This document shows, in pieces, positions 56,671-64,000 of a stretch of DNA of 64,000 bases. Numbering within the stretch: the stretch's first letter is position 1; every line of letters starts with the position of its first letter. Origin of the DNA: a virus; IMG/VR virus record IMGVR_UViG_3300030104_005320, positions 1 to 64,000 of that record; one strand, given 5' to 3'. A program made the translations under genes and the position numbers. Below the pieces are notes generated by a model, which was not told where the DNA came from, ran no database searches, and saw nothing but the letters and a program-made list of their open reading frames with translations.

Positions 56671-58238
56671 TGTGCGGTATAGCAGCATACGTTGGTAAAG
56701 ATAACGCATTTGATTTTATATCTAAAGCGTTGATCAAAATGGAATACCGTGGCTATGACAGCTACGGTATGCTTATAGAGAACGAAGAACATAAAGCTCT
56801 TGGTGCTCCGTCTGAAAGTATGCCAAAATTCATAGAAGGAAATAGAGGAATAGGGCACACACGATGGGCCACTCATGGCGAAGTAAGTATCAAAAACTGC
56901 CACCCTGTTACTTATCTTGGTTGTCATGTTGTTCATAACGGCACAGTCGCAAATGAAAAGTACCACCGAACTAGACAGAGAGCTGACTATAACACCGAAA
57001 CAGACACAGAAATAATCGCTTGCGAGCTTTATAGAAGTATTAAGCTACATAAGGCAATTGAAAATCTAGATAGTATAGGAAGTTTTGTGGCTATGGTTGA
57101 TTCAGTTTCTGGCCTAGCCGTCTATAGAGGGTCTAGTCCTCTTTATTATCAGGATGGAAAAATAGCTAGTGACTTAAGAGCCTTTGAGGGAAAAGTTTGT
57201 GTCATACCAGAAAATACATTCTGCATGATCGACGACAGGTTTAGCCCTCCTGAATCGTGGGCAACCGTTGAAGTCGAGAAAGAGATCGAAGGCCATATAG
57301 AATGTCATATGAAACACGAGATTTTATCTCAGTCGTCAATTATGAAAAATTTACAATTAACAAACACTAGAATCTTAGCGGGCAATCCTAGAGTAAAGCT
57401 GGTCGCTTGTGGCAGTAGTTATTATGCTGCTATGATGGCGGCACATTTTATGAACACCCAAGGGGGCTATGATGCAACTGCGGTATATGCCACAGAGTTT
57501 GTGTTCACGGGCCATGAAGGCACTATAATATTTATTAGCCAGAGCGGAGAAACCAAAGACGTTATAGACGCACTAAAATCAGTCTTGGACAGCCCCAAGT
57601 CTTGGAAGTCTTCTATTGATCCGGGCGGTTATGAAAAACTACCAATACATATTTTACAAAACAAAAAAGAATCTACACTGTCACAGTTGTGCGACCATTG
57701 CAAAGTGGTAAACATTGGTGTGGGCTTAGAGGTTGGAGTAGCGGCCACAAAGACATTTACATCTACTGTTCTACAGCTATCATCAATGGCTGGAATGGAA
57801 GTGGATTTGAATAGTGTATCTTCTTCGTTAAATTGGCACGATGAAGAACGGCAAAGTTATCTCGCACAAACCGTGAGCAAATATAAAAATGCTCTTATAT
57901 TAGGCTCTGGAGAATTTTATCCTATAGCCTTAGAGGCGGCCCTGAAGCTAAAAGAAGTTGCATACCTGCACGCAGAAGCCATACCAGCAGACGAGATCAA
58001 ACATGGCCCTATTGCTTTGATAGATGAAAATACAATTTCTATTGTTATTGGAGATATTGATGATAGAATTGAAAACAACGTTAAACAAATAGAGTCTCGT
58101 GGAGGTAAAGTCATAAGACTTAACAATGGCCTCTGGGAAACTCTAGTAGAATTGCAATATCTTTCCTGCGATGTAGCGTTGCTTCGTGGGATAAATCCTG
58201 ACAGACCAAGAAACTTAGCGAAAACGGTAACAGTATGA
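56670..58238 (+). CDS. glmS: Glutamine-fructose-6-phosphate transaminase (compact)
   Basis: MCGI, GHTRWATHG, SQSGET, VAATKTF, LKLKE, KHGPIALID, PRNLAKTVTV. Confidence 0.95.
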   Translation: MCGIAAYVGKDNAFDFISKALIKMEYRGYDSYGMLIENEEHKALGAPSESMPKFIEGNRGIGHTRWATHGEVSIKNCHPVTYLGCHVVHNGTVANEKYHRTRQRADYNTETDTEIIACELYRSIKLHKAIENLDSIGSFVAMVDSVSGLAVYRGSSPLYYQDGKIASDLRAFEGKVCVIPENTFCMIDDRFSPPESWATVEVEKEIEGHIECHMKHEILSQSSIMKNLQLTNTRILAGNPRVKLVACGSSYYAAMMAAHFMNTQGGYDATAVYATEFVFTGHEGTIIFISQSGETKDVIDALKSVLDSPKSWKSSIDPGGYEKLPIHILQNKKESTLSQLCDHCKVVNIGVGLEVGVAATKTFTSTVLQLSSMAGMEVDLNSVSSSLNWHDEERQSYLAQTVSKYKNALILGSGEFYPIALEAALKLKEVAYLHAEAIPADEIKHGPIALIDENTISIVIGDIDDRIENNVKQIESRGGKVIRLNNGLWETLVELQYLSCDVALLRGINPDRPRNLAKTVTV

Positions 58239-59305
58239 AAACTATTTTTAACACTAAAAATGTAGATCCAATGAGCCAGCCCCTCTTTCTAGGAAAAGAT
58301 TTGGGTGTTCAGCGATATGATATTATAAAGTATCCTGTGTTTAAAGGTCTTGATAGTAAGCAAATGATGAACTTTTGGAGACCAGAAGAAATCGAACTCA
58401 AGAAAGACCGAGGCGATTTTAAAGAGATGTCTGACAATGAGAAGTTTATCTTTACATCCAATCTCAAATACCAAACGATGCTTGATAGCGTCATCTGTCG
58501 CGGCGTTCCAACTCTTCTAGAGTACGTAACAAATACAGAACTAGAAGCCTGCATGATGACTTGGCAGTTCTTTGAGAAGATTCACAGCCAGTCTTACTCG
58601 TACATTATCCAGAACGTATATGCAGATAGCTCAGAAGTATTCGGAGGGATATACGAAGACAAAGAGATTATGAAAAGGGCAAAGAGTGCCATGGATGATT
58701 ACAATAATCTTATGGGGATGGCTTGCGAGTCAACTAAACTGACAGACCTGAAAAAGCAGATCTATATGACTATTGTAAGCATTAACATATTAGAAGCCGT
58801 TAGATTTTATGTGTCGTTTATTTGCTCCTTTGCCTTTGCAGAAAACAAAAAGATGGCCGGAAATGCCGACATCATAAAGCTAATCAAAAGAGATGAAGCG
58901 TTACACCTAGCTAACACTCAAGAGATATTGAAAATATTACACAAAGAAGATAGCGAAGGTTTTGTGAAGGTGGCCCGACAATGCCAAGATGCAGCTTGTG
59001 AAATGTTTGAAAACGCCGCACACGAAGAGAAGCAGTGGGCATCTTATTTGTTTAAGGATGGTTCTATTCTAGGGCTAAACGAGACAGTCTTACACCAGTA
59101 CATTGACTGGCTTTGCATGTCTAGAAGAAAGGCTATCGGTTTGCCATATGAAAGCGTAGGTAAAAATCCAATCGCTGGCTGGACCGGTCCTTGGATGAGC
59201 AGTGAGTCTGTTCAGGTTGCACCACAAGAGCATGAAATTACTAGCTACAAGATTGGAGCCAGCAGAAACGATTTAGAAGATGTGGACTTTGCAGGACTTT
59301 TATAG
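58235..59305 (+). CDS. nrdB: Ribonucleotide reductase class Ia beta subunit
   Basis: FWRPEE, EKIHSQSY, EAVRFYVSF, RDEALH, VAPQE. Confidence 0.97.
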   Translation: MKTIFNTKNVDPMSQPLFLGKDLGVQRYDIIKYPVFKGLDSKQMMNFWRPEEIELKKDRGDFKEMSDNEKFIFTSNLKYQTMLDSVICRGVPTLLEYVTNTELEACMMTWQFFEKIHSQSYSYIIQNVYADSSEVFGGIYEDKEIMKRAKSAMDDYNNLMGMACESTKLTDLKKQIYMTIVSINILEAVRFYVSFICSFAFAENKKMAGNADIIKLIKRDEALHLANTQEILKILHKEDSEGFVKVARQCQDAACEMFENAAHEEKQWASYLFKDGSILGLNETVLHQYIDWLCMSRRKAIGLPYESVGKNPIAGWTGPWMSSESVQVAPQEHEITSYKIGASRNDLEDVDFAGLL

Positions 59306-59317
59306 TGGAGAACCGTT

Positions 59318-59674
59318 ATGGAAATGAAAAGAACTAGCGTAAATCTTTTTACATTCACGGAAAAGGGAAAAGGCAAACTAGAAATGGTGGTTCTTTCAAA
59401 TAAAAAAGGATACTATGGAATTATAGAAAACGTGTTTGTTGAGCAAGAGTTCAGAAGGAGAGGCATAGCCGCTAAACTTATTAACGAGGCTAAATGTTTA
59501 GCCGAAACTCTAAAGCTTTATAAAATTGTTTTGACATGCAGTAAGGACTTAATTGAGTTTTACGAAAATTGTGGGTTTGAATGGCAGCAAGACGGTCAAG
59601 CATACTGCATGAGATCTGACTTCAAACAAAATATAAATGTTCCAATAAGGAAAACAAATGAAGAACAAAGTTGA
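59318..59674 (+). CDS. GNAT acetyltransferase, glucosamine-6-phosphate N-acetyltransferase (GNA1)-like
   Basis: GIIENVFV...RRRGIAAKLI...YKIVLTCS..LIEFYENCGF. Confidence 0.7.
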   Translation: MEMKRTSVNLFTFTEKGKGKLEMVVLSNKKGYYGIIENVFVEQEFRRRGIAAKLINEAKCLAETLKLYKIVLTCSKDLIEFYENCGFEWQQDGQAYCMRSDFKQNINVPIRKTNEEQS

Positions 59675-60326
59675 ACTGCTAGGATATTACGGATCAGATG
59701 AGACTATAGCTTGTAGTGCTTGGACTAGCACTAGTCGTGATTTAACAGACGATAAAAAAGCAAGAATCCCCAAACTGATTGATATGCTATGGAGCAACGG
59801 CCATGAAACACCATTCGAGAAGGGTACTGTTCATTTTCTTGTTGATACTGATATTGCCACTCATATACACCTACTTAAGCATAGAGTTTCTTCGCTTAAT
59901 GCTGAATCAGCTAGATATAAAGAATTAAAAGAAGACAAATTTTATCTACCTCTAGACTGGGGGGAAACTAGAGTCGGATCTTCTTCAATACCAAGGCTCG
60001 CAATAACCGGAGAGCATAGGTGGGTAGATATACTTGCCCAATACACAAACATAGGAAACGAGCTTTATCACAAATGTATTGATGATCTAACTCCGGTAGT
60101 TGGAAGAAAAAGAGCTAAAGAATCTGCAAGATTTTTCAAAACATATAACTCGCAAATTCAGGCTGACGTTATGTTTAACATGAGAAGTTTTGCAAACTTT
60201 CAAAAATTAAGAAATCACAAAGACGCACAGTTAGAAATTAGGGATATAGCTGTTGGGATGTTGGAACTGGTAAAAAACATAGAAGGACAACCATTCAAAC
60301 ATACTTTAAAATCTTGGAATTATTAG
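59658..60326 (+). CDS. thyX: FAD-dependent thymidylate synthase
   Basis: GHETPFE, KHRVSSLNAESARY, AQLEIR. Confidence 0.92.
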   Translation: MKNKVELLGYYGSDETIACSAWTSTSRDLTDDKKARIPKLIDMLWSNGHETPFEKGTVHFLVDTDIATHIHLLKHRVSSLNAESARYKELKEDKFYLPLDWGETRVGSSSIPRLAITGEHRWVDILAQYTNIGNELYHKCIDDLTPVVGRKRAKESARFFKTYNSQIQADVMFNMRSFANFQKLRNHKDAQLEIRDIAVGMLELVKNIEGQPFKHTLKSWNY

Positions 60327-60539
60327 CCATGAATATAAACATATTAAAACAAAATCTAAGAACACTAAAGAAGGACTCTCAAAAAATACAAGAGCTGACG
60401 GGCAAAGAACCATCTGAAGATGGATATCTTATGCTAGGTATCAAAAATCTAGAACTAATCATAGGGAATATTATATTTAAAGACGCCATAAAGGAGTCTA
60501 ACCCCAACAAATAAGACTGAAGAAAGGAAACGTGATATT

Positions 60540-60935
60540 ATGACAAACGACCACATAGCTAGAATGAACATGAGAGAAAAATTCATCAAACAAAAAAAAT
60601 GCGAAAAATCAAATTGCTGTAGAACCACAACACGAGAAACGCTTCAAACCTACATTAGACTAGTGACTCAGTGGCATAAAGACAGAAATCTTATAGAAGG
60701 CAGCACAGATAAAGACCAAACTCTTAAATTAATGCAAGAACTTGGTGAACTTTCTGACTCCGTGTGTAAAAATAAAGACGTAAAAGACGACATTGGAGAC
60801 ATGTTGGTTGTTATGATAAATATAGCCGAAAGAAACGGCATTTCTTTAACGGACTGCCTAGAAACAGCTTGGAACGACATCAAGGACAGAAAAGGCAGGA
60901 TGGTTGATGGTATTTTCGTCAAAGAAGGCGATTAA
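60540..60935 (+). CDS. mazG: MazG-like NTP pyrophosphohydrolase
   Basis: KLMQELGEL...DDIGD...IKDRKG.MVDG.FVKE. Confidence 0.85.
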   Translation: MTNDHIARMNMREKFIKQKKCEKSNCCRTTTRETLQTYIRLVTQWHKDRNLIEGSTDKDQTLKLMQELGELSDSVCKNKDVKDDIGDMLVVMINIAERNGISLTDCLETAWNDIKDRKGRMVDGIFVKEGD

Positions 60936-61169
60936 AATGTGTACATAATAATGTCCCGATGTATTATTTATCAGGAGATTAAAATGCCTATTCTAAAAGG
61001 CCGAATTGCAAGTTGGGTAAGAGAGCGAAAGCTCGTCAGACGTACCGCTTTAGTTGGTGGTATTGTCGTTGGGATTTACTATATTGGAGTCGCTGCTGGT
61101 TGGTGGCCCAATTTTCTTGCATAAATCAAAACCAAAAGGGAAAGGACTCCCTTACTTTAAGGACTTTGT

Positions 61170-62441
61170 ATGACCTCGATCTTTTCTGTTCCTAATGATA
61201 GAGTTTTCTACGCCTGTATAGGTGTCTTCTTTAGAGAAAGACAAACCACACAAACCGGAGGAGACAGCAATCTAAGCGGAACTATTTTTTTGGACGGTGT
61301 TCAATCTGTTGGAATAGATTCTTCATTTCCTAAAACTAGCTATTTAGACATTGGAAGAGCACAAAGAGTCCACTCTTCGTATGATAAACAAGAATTTACT
61401 ATAAATATTGAAAGAAATATACCATACGAAACCGGCAGGGCGGACGACGAGAATACTGGCACTTTCTACACTTCTGCCGGAACCAGCTATGAAGCTACCC
61501 ACATACTAAACGATGACAACATAGGATCTGCCGGTTTTGAAAACTCACTAAGAAACTATGACATAGTTTTAGTTTACGCACCAGACAGAATAGATACTTT
61601 GGGCGGAGGAACCTCTGGAAGCGATGTAGACAAGAATAAATTCATGGCAACTATTTATAGATGTTGTCTTCTAACCTCAATGTCATATAATATTGCTGTA
61701 AATGGCCCAGTAACAGAAACGCTAACATTTACTACAAGAGTTGCCAACCAGATTGATGCAAGCAGTTTAAACTGGTCAACTCTCTCACTACCAGATAATG
61801 GTGCCGCCGTTACTGGTAAAGTTCTTAAAAGAGATCATATAGATACTACAAATTCTGTTTTGCCAACAGAAGTTACTAGAATGTTTAATTTAGGAACATC
61901 TGACAAGGGGCTGCCGGTTTTAGGTCTCCAGAATATAGAGATAGCCGCTTCAATCAATTACAGCGACATGCTTGACGTGGGACAATGGAGAGGTTCTAAC
62001 TTGTCCGGGGGCTCTCTGTCTAAAGCTCTTACTAGTAATCCCGCCAAAACGATAACTGAATCCGCAGGCAGCGATGCCAAACGAGCGGAGGAAAATTTAT
62101 ATCGTCAAGTAATACTTCCCGTGGAAGTTACGGCTTCTTTTACCGGAGTAGCTAGAACACAATACAGAGCCGGTGGCTATCAAGATTTTGAGTTAGACAA
62201 CGACACATTTAGTGATACAGAAATAGCTATTGCGACATTGGCTCTAGCTGACGGAGGAACAAAAAGAGTGCAATGGAATTTAGGAAAAAAGAACTATTTA
62301 ACAGACATTAGTTATACAGGAGGAGACACAGGAGGAGGAAATGTGGAAGCGACATTATCTTTTCAAAATGACAGAAGCGATTTTGTCGTTTTAGAAAACG
62401 CAAGCGTTTTATCAATCGACCCCGGCTCTACAGTTTATTAA
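61170..62441 (+). CDS. Putative tail tube / structural protein
   Basis: Internal duplication (GVQSVGI/GLQNIEI; DIG/DVGQ); LTSMSYN..V.G..TETLTF. Confidence 0.45.
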   Translation: MTSIFSVPNDRVFYACIGVFFRERQTTQTGGDSNLSGTIFLDGVQSVGIDSSFPKTSYLDIGRAQRVHSSYDKQEFTINIERNIPYETGRADDENTGTFYTSAGTSYEATHILNDDNIGSAGFENSLRNYDIVLVYAPDRIDTLGGGTSGSDVDKNKFMATIYRCCLLTSMSYNIAVNGPVTETLTFTTRVANQIDASSLNWSTLSLPDNGAAVTGKVLKRDHIDTTNSVLPTEVTRMFNLGTSDKGLPVLGLQNIEIAASINYSDMLDVGQWRGSNLSGGSLSKALTSNPAKTITESAGSDAKRAEENLYRQVILPVEVTASFTGVARTQYRAGGYQDFELDNDTFSDTEIAIATLALADGGTKRVQWNLGKKNYLTDISYTGGDTGGGNVEATLSFQNDRSDFVVLENASVLSIDPGSTVY

Positions 62442-62450
62442 AGGAATGAA

Positions 62451-63125
62451 ATGGCTAGAAAGCAAAAAAGAACAACTAGCAAAAAATCTCCAATTCGACC
62501 TTCTCGCAAAAAATTAAAACCTAAAACAGAAAACCAAGAAGAATATATCAGATCAATGGTTGAGTCAGATGTTACATTCTGCTCCGGCCCAGCGGGATCT
62601 GGTAAAACGGCAGTAGCTGTTGGACTGGCTTGTGAATACATGCTAGAAAACAAGATAGAAAAAATAATAATCACAAGACCCGTTGTAGAATCTGGTAGAG
62701 GTCTTGGCTTTTTACCCGGAACATTAACTGAAAAAGTGCAACCGTATCTTGTGCCTATAACTGAAGAAATGAAGCTATATTTAGGCAGAGACACATACAA
62801 CTCAATGAGGTCAATAAACGCTATTGAAATTTGTCCTCTTGAATATATGAGAGGTAGAAACTTTCATAACTCTTTTATGATATTAGACGAAGCTCAAAAC
62901 GCGACTTTCGAGCAAATAAAAATGTTCTTAACGAGAATAGGGCTTGGATCAAAGGCTGTAATCAACGGAGACCTAGATCAAACAGACCTACGCGGGGAAT
63001 CTGGCGGCCTAGACTGCTGTATGTCTAGATTGTCCGGCCTAAGAGGGCTGGCCATATGTGAACTAGACCAGTCTGATATCGTTCGCAACGGAATAATATC
63101 TAGTATTTTAGACAGACTTCGCTAA
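62451..63125 (+). CDS. phoH: PhoH-family ATPase
   Basis: GPAGSGKT, LGFLPG, YMRGRNF, DEAQN, GDLDQTD. Confidence 0.96.
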   Translation: MARKQKRTTSKKSPIRPSRKKLKPKTENQEEYIRSMVESDVTFCSGPAGSGKTAVAVGLACEYMLENKIEKIIITRPVVESGRGLGFLPGTLTEKVQPYLVPITEEMKLYLGRDTYNSMRSINAIEICPLEYMRGRNFHNSFMILDEAQNATFEQIKMFLTRIGLGSKAVINGDLDQTDLRGESGGLDCCMSRLSGLRGLAICELDQSDIVRNGIISSILDRLR

Positions 63126-63224
63126 ATTTTAGTGCGATAAAAGGTCTTATTTGATATAATAAATACAACTATGGAGCTAGGGGTTTGGTTCTTAGCTCCA
63201 TTATTTAAATTTGAAAGGAAAACA

Positions 63225-63572
63225 ATGCCTCTTTATGATTTTGAGTGCGAGCCTTGTGCCTATTACACAGAAATAAGACAGTCTATGGAAGGCCCAAGCA
63301 GTCTTGAATGCCCGGTCTGCGGACAAGAAACTTTAAAAAAAGTTTTTATAAACGCTCCTCATTGTTATGTTAGAGGAGAGTCCGCGACAATAGGACAAAT
63401 AGCAGACAGAAACACAGAAAAAATGGGCCTATATGAAAAACAAGAAAAGACCGCAAAAGACAAAAATGGAAAAGGCTTAACTACAGAACAAAAAGAAAAA
63501 AGAAAACAGCACCAAAAAATTGTATCTATGACCCCAGAACAAAAGATGAAGTGGATAAGAGAGGGTGATTAA
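63225..63572 (+). CDS. FmdB-family zinc-ribbon protein
   Basis: MPLYDFECEPC...CPVCG. Confidence 0.8.
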   Translation: MPLYDFECEPCAYYTEIRQSMEGPSSLECPVCGQETLKKVFINAPHCYVRGESATIGQIADRNTEKMGLYEKQEKTAKDKNGKGLTTEQKEKRKQHQKIVSMTPEQKMKWIREGD

Positions 63573-63835
63573 TGGCTAATAGACCTAAAATTATAGACAG
63601 GCAGCACAGCTCTACAAGCGTAGAAAGAAGTAAAAAGCCGCACATAGCGATAGTGACCATGAAAATAGATATTAGAGCGATGGAGTCAGATGGAACGCTA
63701 GACAACTATGTAATGGGAGAAAAGGAACTCAGAAAATATGGAATGTCCACAAAGGCACAGATAGCAATAAACGGCAAAGATGAAGCCGTATGTATTAAAA
63801 AACTAAAAGAATTATTGGAGAGATTAAATGGGTAG
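63572..63835 (+). CDS. Hypothetical protein (next ORF starts at 63828 and runs off the window)
   Basis: Coupled ORF. Confidence 0.55.
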   Translation: MANRPKIIDRQHSSTSVERSKKPHIAIVTMKIDIRAMESDGTLDNYVMGEKELRKYGMSTKAQIAINGKDEAVCIKKLKELLERLNG

Positions 63836-64000
63836 AGGAGAAAGAGAAGATATTTCAGGTCTTAATTTGCCAGATCCGGAAAAACCTGACATTATTTTTC
63901 TTGGCCTAAAAGGGGAGCAAACAGAAGAAAAAAAAGCTCTAGCGAAATGTGTCACAGTAAACAATGGATATGATAATACTTCAGTACAGTGCTTTATCAG

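Noticed and set aside
54442-59305. Intron or intein in nrdA/nrdB, or a homing endonuclease between them
   Set aside because: Both are uninterrupted and of normal length; the intervening gene is glmS.

Overview
This window is part of a large, AT-rich, lytic-type dsDNA tailed phage genome. A planctomycete host is inferred from the style of its secreted proteins, not shown. (i) 1-9.2 kb, minus-strand late operon: small sigma factor, sulfotransferase, fatty-acid-hydroxylase-family enzyme, methyltransferase, gmd, HNH, ERCC4 nuclease, ClpP-like protease, terminase large subunit and the 5' part of a probable portal. (ii) 9.3-17.1 kb, an ordered plus-strand block of six promoter-bearing cassettes of small genes, micropeptides and one ~400-nt structured ncRNA. 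The cassettes are delimited by seven copies of an ~82-bp element made of two 11-7-11 palindromes whose starts are 52-53 bp apart. (iii) 17-31 kb, accessory genes: trypsin-like protease, a thioredoxin lipoprotein with in-frame UGA (WUGPC, probable selenoprotein), an ExbB/ExbD-like trio, rIIA/rIIB, three tRNAs, IscA and a DenV-like glycosylase. (iv) 32-53 kb: Ser/Cys-rich and beta-helix proteins, glycosyltransferases, a circularly permuted two-piece tmRNA, ssb, PAP2, a papain-like protease with a holin-like cluster and a second sigma factor. (v) 54-64 kb: nrdA-glmS-nrdB-GNAT-thyX-mazG, a possible tail protein, phoH and an FmdB-type zinc ribbon. Three promoter classes can be read from the sequence: overlapping sigma28-like/sigma70 promoters, a TGAC-N7-GTCA box at about -31, and a TTGTGTATA late-type motif. 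All family assignments come from motif recognition by eye; no database searches were run.
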